Assembly: GCF_003704095.1 (NCBI RefSeq)
Contig: NW_020846784.1
Location: forward strand, 1-64,000
Direction of reading: 5' to 3'
Source of the DNA: Pocillopora damicornis
Lineage: Eukaryota
DNA: 64,000 bases
Positions 1-11,800 of this stretch are shown here, piece by piece (positions within the stretch are counted from its first letter, which is position 1; the number at the start of each line of letters is the position of its first letter). A program made the translations under genes and the position numbers. The notes below the pieces were generated by a model. It ran no database searches. It saw only the letters and a program-made list of their open reading frames with translations, and was not told the origin of the DNA.

Positions 1-56
1 TCATATTGATTCATGAATATAGTGTTGTTACAAATCTTTGTCTTTCTTCACGATAG

Positions 57-94
57 ATTTTGATGACCTCTTTGATGACGATGACCTTCGCTGA
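57..94 (+). CDS. COPS9: COP9 signalosome subunit 9 (CSNAP/MYEOV2), last coding exon; gene continues upstream of the window
   Basis: Polypyrimidine tract + AG at 55-56, then phase-1 (D)FDDLFDDDDLR*, matching the F/D-rich COPS9 C-terminus (human DFEDLFDDDDIQ); AATAAA near 245. Confidence 0.8.
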
Positions 95-1481
95 AAAAAA
101 TAAGTTATTGTGATAATGAAAAGCTAAACTGGAATTGTTCGTATGTTACTAAGCTAGAATATGTTTCCTTGGTGAAATTAGAACAGCAATTAACTGCTAT
201 AATGCCGTCGTTTAAATTAATTCTTACTCCTGTACATTGAAAGCAAATAAATGGTACATGTGAACTGTTTAAACTTGTTTGTAACTTTGTAGCGGCCAGT
301 ATCTATGACGTTCAACAACTGGCCCAGGTAGACTTAAGATCAGCTAGTACGACTGAGATTCCTATGTATATTTACCATCTTTCTTGATTTAATTAATCAC
401 GCCATGCTTTTGATATTTCTAATTCTGGTGCCATGTAAGGTGCTTGTTACATAAAAAACTAGTTATGGCCTAGCTTAATGGCACTGTCTCAGTGGAAGAG
501 CATAATCTGCAGGTTAAGGGTGACAACCAAACTGAATGTGTAGAACCTCTTCCCCTCTGAGATTAGTACTTGTGAATACATGGCATGCTTAGAGAAAGTG
601 GGAGTTGCACTAGGCTAGGCTTTGGGGAATGAGCTCATCTTTCTGCTTTGAAATGGGAAGAGAGAATGGGTAAACATACTTCACTCTGGTGCAATAGTTG
701 AGATATTTTGTCCTGTCTTTTGAGCATTGTGCCCAATTTATTTAAGGGAATGGGATATGATGGCAATATTACGACAAGGCGTTGTTTTCAAGGCCCCTCA
801 AACAATTTTTAGAGAACATTCTGACCCCACCCACCCTACTCAGACATCAAACTGTGCTTAGGAGTTCATATGAAGTATTACCTTGAGGAATTACAAACTT
901 ATCATCATTTTTATCTTCTTATTTTTTTTTAACAAAAAGTTTGTGAAGGGTCTCAAGTTTGTAAATATCTCAGCAGTATGATCCTGGGTGACAGCACAGC
1001 TAAAGGAGATCCTGACATGTTTTTGATTCCCTTCTTATTAATGGAGAGGAATAATTGATTTAAAATGAACTCTGGAATGTGATAAAATACCGGAAAAAAA
1101 GTTGTCTGAATGAGTGAAGTGGATAAGCCTGTCCATGCCTCTATGAGAGATTGCACTCCATCCCAATGCACTTAAAGAACACTGTACCAGACAGAGTGCA
1201 GCTTTTCCATCTGTTGGTCTTGATTATGCCCAAATTTGTGCTAATTCAAAACAAAAGACAATTCATAAAATGTTTTACCAAAAAATCTCATGAGAAGATT
1301 GTTTTAGAACAGAAGGTGAGGTTTAAGTCCTTGCTCTAGATAGGGCCCTAGCGTAGAAGGCGCATTGCTATTCAGGGAGGGTATGAACGGTTCCCTTTTC
1401 TTAAAATAGGTCAGGGCTCTTACAAAGTAAGGCAACAGACAACCACCCCTCCCCGCTAAGTATTTTTGTAAGTCACCCAAT

Positions 1482-1491
1482 GTCACGTGAT
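1482..1491 (+). promoter_or_regulatory. CLEAR-like E-box (GTCACGTGAT) upstream of LAMP paralogue A
   Basis: 9/10 match to the CLEAR consensus GTCACGTGAC, about 190 bp upstream of the ATG at 1678. Confidence 0.55.
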
Positions 1492-1677
1492 TAGTTTTTA
1501 CGGGATTGTTATTCTCGTTCAGCGTGGATGATTATTAGGTTAGGGTTAATTAAAAATCTGTTTAGTGCTCAAAAAGTATCCCCGTCAAAAGCATACTTTT
1601 CATTTTCTGGTATCCAATTTGGAAGACAATATTTCAGAAAAAGCTGCCTGCACCCTTTTACCACACAATTCACTTCA

Positions 1678-4600
1678 ATGGCGCAGAGAACAGCTTGTTT
1701 GTTTCAGCTGTATCCTTCTGTTTTTGTCGGTGAGTGTTCTGATGTCTTGGTTCAGTGTCTTTACCTATGTACTCGCTGAACTTCAGTGTATTTTAGTTTT
1801 AATTTTACTTGTGCATTTCTAAGTCGATTCTCCTAACGAAGAATCGACTCCTGGTCTGTTACGAATTGCACAATTCGGATATGGGACCTTTGCTGTATAG
1901 GACACCATAGGTAACCAGTTGCACAACAACCCCACCAGACTTGCTGGGGCTGGTAAGGCTAAAAACATGGTAAGTGTGAAAGGGATAAATTCTGGAATTT
2001 TGTTCCGCAAGGGAGAGTAAGAACAAATTCCCATTTATTGTACTTTTCAAGATTTTCCAACCTTCCATTTATGTGCTCAATTGTTTGGGAATTCTTCTGT
2101 AAATAATCAGCGAATAGAGATGTGTTCTTACCACAACGAAATGCTAATTTAGCGTAGGATGTGACTACTCTCTTCCAGCTCGTATATGACGAAAATAATG
2201 CTATAAATAATTCAATTTAAATGGGTTAGATGAAAAATCATTTTACATGATCACTATATATTAAAAAGGTGTTGTGCTGAACAAGTTGAAATCTAGAAAT
2301 AATCTAAACACCACAACAGACAGAGGCTTGTTTTGGGACCAGACAGTATATTGAATGTATATATCCTACATAAATAACACACTAGACTATTACATAAAAA
2401 AGATATTGGACAAATATACTAAACCATTGATCCAGTAATCAGGAATATATTACAAACATGAGTGAGATTGAGATACAATCAAAACTGTTGATGGTGTGGG
2501 TAGGAGGGAAACTAAAACTTTCCTAAAGCTAGAATAAACTTGTTGCTTGCTTGCTTACTAGATTACTAATAACACGTGCATAGATACCTAGGTGGTAATA
2601 CTAAAGTAATTTTGCAATTAAAATGTGTTAGCGTGGTGAATAGCCATTGGCTCTACCTGAATCTTATGACTTACATGCTGAACAAATTGTTCAATCTTAA
2701 AGAAAAGGGAAAATACTAATTTGCATCCTACCTGTGCCTAGTCCAGGCCTCTCAGTTATCAATGTCTAGATTCATATTAATAGAGATTAATATTCACATT
2801 ACTCGTAACCATTGTGCTATCGTCTACTCAAAGTATTTTGACAGGCAGTGGATTTAATTCACTCACTTCACTTCCAGAAATGTGGTGTGTCATGAAATTG
2901 TGATCATACCTTTTAGTAAAAGCGATTATGTGTCATATACACAGATCTAGATAACATTCCCCTCAAAAATTCAACAATCATAGAAAATAGTGTACCTTTC
3001 ACATAATTTTTCAAGATGAAAATGCCCTCACTTTTTAACTTTGCTTTTTCAGGTCTGGTAATTTTTTATTTGACTTCTGAGGTAACAGCAAACTCCACAT
3101 CCACTATGGTGTCTTTATCAATATCGCCTTCAAAGGCATCTACATCAACTATTGCATCCTCAACAGTGGATTTCTCTACAATGCCACCCAAGACACAAAG
3201 CCCAGCATCAGGATATGGTCATTTCAATATATCAGGGGCAGATGGGAAACCTTGCCTCCTTTTAGATATCTCATGTGCGGTGACCTTACAACTGCAAAGT
3301 GAGGCAAGTGTTTTTCAGCTATGATGATCTTATGATGAGCATTCAAAATGGTGCAATAACCATGTTTTGCTGGTTATTTACTGTTAAAGAAAGGGGTATT
3401 GAAGAAAAAAAAAATTATGGCTGTAAGATATTGTTGTAGGGTTGATAAATCTGAAACATCTACTACCTGCTAGCCAGTTATTTACTATGTTTTTGACATT
3501 GAGGGATTTAAAAATATGATGCTTGTAAATAAAGGGCATTTTCATCAGTAACCACAAGATCCTAGATTAGATTTAAAGATCAAAGGTTTTGGGTGTTAAA
3601 AAGAAAAGAGTCACTGTGAGTAGTAGTCTTTGCGCATAAAGTAGCTGAAGTTTCATGGTAGACCTCTGATAGAGCTGAAGCCACTAGAAAGTTTTGTTTG
3701 GATGTCAGCAATGACTTATTGACTATTTGGGAAGCTTAAATAAATGTTGTATAACCAAGTGATCAATACTTAATACGGGCTTGATATCCTTAGGAGACTT
3801 TTGACCTTCCACTGAATGCCATTCCAAGTGGAACTTGTGGAGAGAAGACATCATTTGTGTCTCTTGCTTGGAAATCAGAATCGGCCAACATGACCATCTC
3901 CTTGACATTCTTGACTGTGAAGGACAAATGGATAACTACCAGCCTGGTTTTCACTTATATTAAAGACATCAGTGGGAGTGGTCAGTGACATTACTGCTTT
4001 AAGTCTCCCTATATTCTTTGAAATGTGAATTAACCTCTGGAACTCAAGAACAACTTACAATAATTGTGCATCTAGAGTTTAAGGATCAGTTTTATGAGCA
4101 TAAATAATGCTTCATGTTGTTGATAGTTGAACTGTCGGTGAAAGCCATTACTACTATAGTATGATGGATTCTTTGTATGCTGTGTTACTGATTACAGACA
4201 ATAACAGGGTAGGGGGATAGTGGGATAATCAGAAATTCACGAAAAGCCCAGAAACTGCTCAACACCTCAGAGCACTAATTACCTTTTGTGGCAAAATTTT
4301 TTTGTTAAAGTGAAAGTCATGAACTAACAATTTAAGTATATTTTTATATGAAGAGTGGAAAGTGAGTGCAGCCCAAAATAATTCTGAAAAGCTGATGATG
4401 ACAGCAGCAAAAGAGAAAAGTTTTAAATGCAGTGAGAGCCTGGACATAACACTTGAAGGGAAGAGTAAAGTCACAGTTAGCATAAAAAAGATAAAAGTGC
4501 AGCCATTTGGAAGTGACTTTGGTGAAGGTAGGATCTGTGGCATTACAATAGAGAGTGTTTTTGTTCAGTATTCAGTTACTGCAATCGTTAACCTTTCACT

Positions 4601-5550
4601 CCCAAGAGTGGCCAAACATTAGTACACTTTCAAGCAGGATGGGAATGAGAATAAAGAGAATGAAGATAATCCAGCTGGGGATATTATCTTTTTTAACTTG
4701 TGGTTTTTGGTTCTAAAATTGTTAGATATGTATAGAAGACAGTGCAGAAAATTGATACTTGAGTGTTTGAAGTGGAAGGGCTAAGGTGTATATATATGTA
4801 AAGTCATGTATCAATTTTGTATTTAATGTCAAGGCTTAGGATCAATTTTTATCATATTCTTCAGTAAATTGCTTTTCTTAAGGAGCAGAAGTAAGCAAGT
4901 AGGGAAAAAGGAGTCATCTTAACCTTTGACCCTTAGGAATAATCATGTTTTACCTTTACTCATGGAAACCTGTCAATTGTTCAGGGTTGTAAAAAAAGTA
5001 TTTGAGTTAGTGGATAGTGAACTAAAGTATAGGCACTAGAGGTGGAAGGCTCCCCCTCCTGCAGGCAAGGACTCAGAATATATGGCACACTTTCCAGATG
5101 AGAAGGTGGAATGTGCTGGTAACCAGCTTCTCTGATGACTGATTATTTATTAGCAATTCACCAACCAGAAAGCTATATCTTTCAGTTGTTATAGGAATTC
5201 ATCTTTCTACATCTTAGGACTGAAAGGGTTATGACTGCTCTCATTAGCTGAGCAGGCAGCTTGTTTTAGTCCATTCAGATGAATCACACTTGATGGAAAA
5301 ATAATTCTTGCAAGCTTTGAATTAAGAGAGTTTCACCACTGTTGGAAGAAATTATGTTACGACTAATTTATTGTATTCCTTTTTGTGTTTAGCTGATGTT
5401 TGCTCTCCAACGCCAGGTAAAAGCCCAGCTGAGCATGTGGACACTATTGTACCAACTATTGTGGGCTGTGTGTTAGCTGGGTTGATTGTTATTCTTATCA
5501 TTACATACTTTGTAGGCCGCTGCAAGAGAACAGGTTATGAAAAAATGTGA
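1678..5550 (+). CDS. LAMP-family lysosome-associated membrane glycoprotein, paralogue A
   Basis: Exons 1678-1729, 3053-3303, 3794-3980, 4354-4527, 5393-5550 (phases 1,0,1,1) give a continuous frame: signal peptide, S/T stalk, LAMP domain (KPCLLL, SGTCG, SFKCS, VQPF, FGEADVC), TM IVPTIVGCVLAGLIVILIITYFV, tail GRCKRTGYEKM*. Intron 2 donor is probably GC. Confidence 0.88.
4588..4784. mobile_element. Degenerate MITE with TTAACCTTT...AAGGG(C)TAA termini
   Basis: Short inverted termini (ttaacctttcactccc / gtggaagggctaa); a similar decayed copy lies at about 33725-33880. Confidence 0.4.
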
Positions 5551-6766
5551 TTACAATTTTGTGGAGGTAGTCAGCTAACTAATTGTGATTGAGAATGATG
5601 TGACAGTGATAAGACTGTTCTTGATAATGGAGTGTGATATTTGAAGTTGAGTGAGTATTTGAAAGCATCCTTTACTTATTACGAAGACTAAACAAAGGGA
5701 ATGAAATGGGTGAATGAGAGCAGTTACTCAAGCTGATTTCACTAGCATGCAATGCATGCAAAAAGTTAATCCAAATAACTTGTTTTTGTGACTTGATTCC
5801 CTTGTTTTCAATATAAATTCAGATAAACACATTTTTATTAACAGTTACTAGCACATTATGGTAATTTTAAGGGCCACCTGCTTTCGTAAAAACTTTGAAA
5901 TCATGTGCGTACATTCTCAATTGTTCATAATCTTTTTGAAGAGTACTCATTATTTTTTGATAGATGTGTCATAAAGTGACACAAGTTTTTAACAAGCACT
6001 TGTTGTAATTGTTTTTGAATAAATCTTCCTGTAATCCTCTGTGGTAGAGTGTCAAAAGTCAATGAAAATGTTCAGAATTTTTACAGTTTGTACTCTAGCA
6101 TCTCCCTTTCATTCTTTTTTCTCTGTATATCCATGGATTTCCGTGCCTAGTACGTCACGTCACTGTCACGCTTTAGTACGGAGTCGAAAGTTCAACGGCG
6201 TGTCAAATGGCATGATGTCGATTGCATGACTAGCCTGGAGATCTGATCTGGAGCAGAAAAACACATAAACTAAGTTGGATAGTAATGTAGAGTTGTCGAA
6301 TATCCCATTGAAAAAGAGAATTTTGCAACGCCAATCATATTGCAAGTAATCCCACAACCCACCCTAAATACGCATATAAATCCTTTTTAAAACAGGGAAC
6401 TTGAAAAATTTATGTGACTTCTATAGGCTCTGAAACGTAACTTTCAAAGTTAATTAATTTTATCTTCTTTTACCACATCATTAAAGGCGTTCCCAAAATT
6501 TCACAATGACAGTGTCAAGCCTGGAACAAAGCAGGTTATGAAGCTCCTTCATTCGATATGATTCCCATGACGAATCATTGGAAATCATGCGACTAAAGTA
6601 ACGGAAAAGTTTGCCCCGAACGTGGGTGGTGTATTAGTTACGTTCAGATCTTGGATTTACAGAATTAGAATATGTGAGCCAATAGCAGTTGAGAGTTCAA
6701 AAATCTTAAAATAATTGTGACCGCCCCACCTAGCGATTACACTGCATTCTGGGAGGTCTCATGTTC

Positions 6767-6776
6767 GTCATGTGAC
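6767..6776 (+). promoter_or_regulatory. M-box/CLEAR-like element (GTCATGTGAC) upstream of LAMP paralogue B
   Basis: 9/10 CLEAR match with the MiT/TFE-type TCATGTGA core, about 100 bp upstream of the ATG at 6874; GC box (ccgcccc) at 6721 and CCAAT at about 6679. Confidence 0.55.
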
Positions 6777-6873
6777 TTTCACTTTATCTCGTTTCTTTCC
6801 GGGAAAAGGGTTCTTTCGAAAGTAGCGGCGTGGTACGACCTGTTTAGAGCCGAAAAAAGTAAAAAAGGTGAAG

Positions 6874-9800
6874 ATGTTGAGGCTTTTTGTAGCCCTTGTC
6901 TATTTGGGTGTTGTCTTTGGTAAGTAAAGCTTGTCTAACTTCTAAGAATACATTTAATATCCTTTCAGTATTAGTCGGTCGAGTGTGGCGCTGCACAGAA
7001 GAGGCTTCGTTTGTTACTTTTGACAAATACGCATACGCGGGAAGGTGCCACCGAGTTAAGTTTATTTTGGAAACATAAGTCCCTAAGTAAGAGAAATCTA
7101 ACTTGTAGTTTATTGTTTTTGTGATGAAATTATTTTTTTCGAGGTCTTTGTTGGCCGTGTTTCAGCGAGAGTCTTCCACTATCGATTACGTGATCTGATC
7201 ATGATAGTGCAATAGCTACTATTTCAACTCGGCTTGAATTAGATTCGTGATGTAGTTTATACTGCGAGAACACATGTTATTTTAGGTAGAGGAGTTTTCT
7301 TCGCGGTATTTCTTTTTCTCCCGCCTTCTTTGTGTTGCATCATCAACCCACATGCTGAAAGATGGTTCCGCTTTCAGTTATCATTCAATTGCCTTGTGAC
7401 AATTGGGTGTCTCAAGTGTCTAGGAAAGTTCTTCATATCGAGATAATTTTTTGAAAGTCTCTCATTTTTACCAGAGCGGATACATGAGTTACAATGTAGC
7501 CATGGAGTGCAAAATTTTGTATGCAAGGAAATTGCAATTATTTATATTGCACTTAGGGTTCTAGACTCTTCTTTGTGAAGTATGTTACCAAATGGAGGAA
7601 TACCAAAACATTTATNNNNNNNNNNNNNNNNNNNNNNNNNNNNNNNNNNNNNNNNNNNNNNNNNNNNNNNNNNNNNNNNNNNNNNNNNNNNNNNNNNNNN
7701 NNNNNNNNNNNNNNNCACTACCAGTGACAACAAATACAACAACACTACCAGTGACAACAAATACAACAAATGCAACAACACCAATAGTGACAACAAATGC
7801 AACAACAACACCAATAGTGACAACAAATGCAACAACAACACCAGTGCCAACCAAGCAAACAACCACTCGTCCCCCATATGGCACTTATTTTATAAAAAAT
7901 GGCGATAAATATTGCTTGCTGGCTCAGTTTGAGGCAAAATTTACCATCAATTATATGCAATATGTTAAGGAAGGAAACAAATCAAAGACAAAGGCCAAGG
8001 TGTGTGTAGCAATCAATTGTTTTCCTTGGATTTTAATGGTGTGAAATTTTCCATAACATTAACCAGTACAGTGTTATTCTTGTTGGAGTATTCTTGGATT
8101 TCTCCTGTTGATGCTAAAGCCAAAGAAACTTTTTTTGTGGTACTCAAGACTGAATAAAAGTTTTATCCCCACGCAAGTTATTTCAGTAGAAAGGCTACAA
8201 CTAAGCGGAAAATATCAAATCAATGCTAAAATGGGAAGGCACCTTGCCTATAATCTCAACTAACTTTGAGTACCTTTTTAGTTATAACATCAAATCTGTA
8301 TCATGGTTCAATGTATTTTTTCCTTTCTTCTCATTGGCTGAGAGCCCAGGCTTCAACAAATACTTTTGTACCTGTGCATGGTTATATCCTTAATCATTAG
8401 TTACTTCAGTAGTTACTTCCTGGAGATGTTGGAGTGTAATTCACTTGAGTGGTAAAACAATTATTGAAATGAGTTATTGCAATTATTGCAGTATTTCAAT
8501 GTCCTGTGGATCAATACTATGATTCTTGGGTTTTAGCTTCAGGAAGGAAAATTAATGATCCGCTTGCTACTCAAAAACCCATAATACTCTGCCAACCTCG
8601 TGATTCATTATTTTTATCATTATTATCATCATCACTATAATTATTATCAATACATGTACATTGGTTTTGTGTTTAAAGGTAGGAAATGACCACTAGCAGT
8701 TGTTCTGAAGCCTATATAACTATTATCTATTGTGTTGGTTTTTGTTTTTCAGCAAGGCACTGTTGTCCTTGACAGTAATGCAAAGGTGAATGTTGCAGGA
8801 AGCTGTGGGATGCTGATTCTAACATGGAACAAAACAAGACCACATTACACTTTGTCAATTGAATTTGGCCGTCCAAAAAAATTGCAAGCAAGTGGTGACA
8901 GTTCTTTCACCTGGTGGTTGAGCCGTGTGTCTTTCCTGGCCAACCTCACAGACAACCCAGAATTCCCGAATGCCACAGGTTGTAATATTGATTTTGATGA
9001 TTTAATAGGGGACATGATAATGGTAATCTTATTAATGATAATAAATATAATGGAGATATAGTAATAAAAATACCAAAAAGTTATGATGATAGTAATAACT
9101 ATTCAAGTGCTAATAAAACCCAGCAGATGCAGTGTTAAATGTTGAGTGACTGAAGAATTTTCCCCAATTGAATATTTCCAATTAGTATATACCACTTAGG
9201 TGAATAGTGTTTTTGACACATGTCATTTTATATACCACCTAGGTGAGTAGCATTTTTGACACATGCCATTTTATATACCACCTAGGTGAATAGTGTTTTT
9301 GACACATGTCATTTTATATACCACCTAGGTGAATAGTGTTTTTGACACATGCCATTTTTGTTATTTAATTGCTAGATTAGCAAGTACCATCCATCAAAAA
9401 AGGTGGAGGGCCTACTATTTTTCTCTGAATTGTCAGAAATAACTAATTTAAGGTTTCTGCATGGTATGTTCTGAAACAATTTATTCACCTTGGCATGAGT
9501 GTAAGTGGTGGATATGTACTTTTACTTCAGCGATTAATTATTACCTATCATTAATAATGTTGTTATTATTATCAATGTTATCATTAAAATTCAGCAAATG
9601 TTTGAATTGGAATCAAGATTGTTATTAAGACGGCAAGAGTTAATTATTGTTGATGGGCAATGAAAGCTAAATCTATGTTATCAAAATAAGAATACAAAAG
9701 GTTAAAAACAGTGTAATGTACTGTTTTTGTTGAAATACAATACTGTCAATTAATGATTCTTCAACCTAGCATGTAAATGTCTGGATTCTCTCAAATACGG

Positions 9801-11800
9801 AGATAATTGTTAAGAAGAGTAAAGATGCCTTAACATGTGATATGATTACTTAATGATTTCATGAGTGATTTGGCTCATCCCCCTCAGTTTTTAGAGGAAA
9901 CCCATCATAGAAGTAGTTAATAAGTTAGAATGCTGATAAGAAGGTATGATAAGAAAGAGAAAAAATAGGAAACACACTTGGAAGTTTTCCCTTATGGAAG
10001 AATATGAATAATTGTGAGTGTTGAATATTATGTTATGTGATTTTGTGACTAATGGCTCTCTTTTTTCTTTTTTGCAGTGAGTGTGGTTAATGCCTCGTAC
10101 ACACTGTTCCAAAATAATAGTATTCATGGTACAAATGGTAGCTACTACTACTGCAAAAAAGACACAAAGTTCACTCTTAAGGCAAAGAGCAAAGACAACC
10201 AAGTCCAAGCAGATTTCACGGATTGGAAGGTTGAACCATTTGTCGAGAAAAGTAGGGAGACAGACTTTGGATCAGGTTTGTATTGAAGTTTTTACCCCTT
10301 CTAACCAATAAGCCACTGATAAATTTGGAAATGAAATTATAAATGAGTGATTGGGGCTATTTGCCAGTCAAAGTTGTCAACAACAGCCAACAGCCCTCAA
10401 GATCTACTCTCAAGGAGAGAACTATGCTCAAAGTTTTCAAAGTTGCCATTTGACACCTGAAAATTAAAAAATGGTCGTCAGAAATTAAATTGTAGTATTC
10501 AGTGGCCAGAAATTGTTTTTAATGCTCGGAGGCCATCGTAGGACTTCAAAGCCCACAACTGAGAAATGAGAGACTGCAATAATTTTTTGTCTTATTTTTT
10601 AATGGTTATCTCTTTTCAACTTGATACATAGAAAACACTGTGCCCATTACAGCTTGCTCCTTTTACTCTTTAATTTGCCAATTTTTATCACTTATACTAT
10701 GGCAACCGAAATGGTTGCATCTGAGACTTCTGGATGGTATGTTGGCATTATAATGTAGAGACTCATTTCAGTCATGAAGGAATGTTTTCTCTTGTGGGAA
10801 TTTGTACATTTCCTTAACATGTAAACACAAAAATTTGGGTGATTCTGTGGTATTGATCTGGTGGGTCACAGAGGGTTGTATTTTCTTATTAGGTGGCAAT
10901 TTCTGTTAGCAAGGTTCAGGGCATTTTGCACCAGAAAAAAGTTTTGCCTCAAACTTTGCCTATTGAACTACCTTTGGTAGGAAGTAAATAAAACCACCAT
11001 TATTGAGAGTGCTCAAGAATCAAGCTCAACATACTAAATTGCATAATTCTGCTGTCACTACAGTGAAGGGAATTAATAAGCGCAAGACGATTTTACATTT
11101 CTATGCTTTCTAACAGCTTATTAGAGGAAATAAACTGGAGTTTCTAATGGTCCAGTCTGGACTTGAGAAATAGCACCCAAGAAAGAAAGAGTACTTTTGA
11201 CCAATTTCAGAAAGCTGTCTAATGGGTTTTTTTTAAATAAATTGTAGCAAACCTCTGAATAAACACATCAAAATTGAAATATTTTCCAAACCCCTGTAAT
11301 ATCACAAAATTTAGGAATACAAATGATTTCTTGCTGCATGCAGTTTGTTATGAGGGGTGAGCTTGTCAGCTTTTGAAGTTTTCTATGTCACTAGAGGTCA
11401 TAAAAGGGCCTTTTGCAGCTTTGATCATTAAGAGCTCTTAATAATTGGGGTTTTCTTTACTTCCAAAGATAATTAATGGGCAAAGTTTGAGGCAAACCTT
11501 TTTTACGATGCAAAATGCTCTGAACTGCTCTTACAGAGATGGCCACTTAATTTTCACACTGTAGTGCTGATAACAAATGTGTTAATTGTATAACTTTCTG
11601 GAATAGAAGTAGAGCCCAACTTTTCCTATTTAGGTAAAGATTGCTACCAGGACCATCCCACAACACCTTCTCCTGAGAGCAAAGACAGTGACATTGTTCC
11701 AATAGCAGTGGGCTGTGCCTTGGCTGGTCTGGTGCTCATTGTACTGATTGCTTATGTCATCGGCCGCCGCAAGAGTCACCGTGGATATGAGAAGGTCTAG
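6874..11800 (+). CDS. LAMP-family glycoprotein, paralogue B (most LAMP1-like TM and tail)
   Basis: Exons 6874-6919, (start in gap) 7716-7999, 8753-8978, 10078-10275, 11634-11800. Thr-rich repeat stalk, LAMP domain (KYCLLA, AGSCG, SYYCK, VEPF, FGSGKDC), TM/tail [35 protein letters not shown], very close to vertebrate LAMP1. Confidence 0.92.
7616..7715. other. Assembly gap (100 N) removing the start of LAMP-B exon 2
   Basis: Run of N directly adjoining a coding tandem repeat. Confidence 0.95.
7716..7850 (+). repeat. Coding minisatellite (about 27-36 bp units) encoding mucin-like T(L/P)(P/I)VTTN(T/A)TT
   Basis: Repeated gtgacaacaaat(a/g)caacaac units in frame with LAMP-B exon 2. Confidence 0.85.
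9186..9358. repeat. 43-bp tandem repeat x4 in LAMP-B intron 3
   Basis: tatataccac(c/t)taggtga(a/g)tag(tg/ca)tttttgacacatg(t/c)cattt repeated four times. Confidence 0.9.
10891..11547. mobile_element. MITE / non-autonomous DNA transposon (about 660 bp) with long imperfect TIRs in LAMP-B intron 4
   Basis: 10891-11025 is the imperfect reverse complement of about 11420-11547 (e.g. tttgcctcaaactttgcc / ggcaaagtttgaggcaaa); TTA/TAA flanks. Confidence 0.75.

Noticed and set aside
400-560. tRNA-like segment (ctcagtggaagagc)
   Set aside because: No cloverleaf or B-box; at most a decayed SINE.
3016-3052. ATG at 3016/3022 as the LAMP-A start
   Set aside because: Overlaps a clear acceptor tract. The phase-1 exon at 1678-1729 matches the paralogue structure, although an alternative start cannot be excluded.
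7542-7960. Leu/Val/Cys-rich minus-strand ORFs and the Asn-rich + frame
   Set aside because: Alternative frames of the LAMP-B mucin repeat plus the gap.
9186-9358. CRISPR-like periodic repeat
   Set aside because: Units are contiguous with no unique spacers, lie in a eukaryotic intron, and there are no cas genes.
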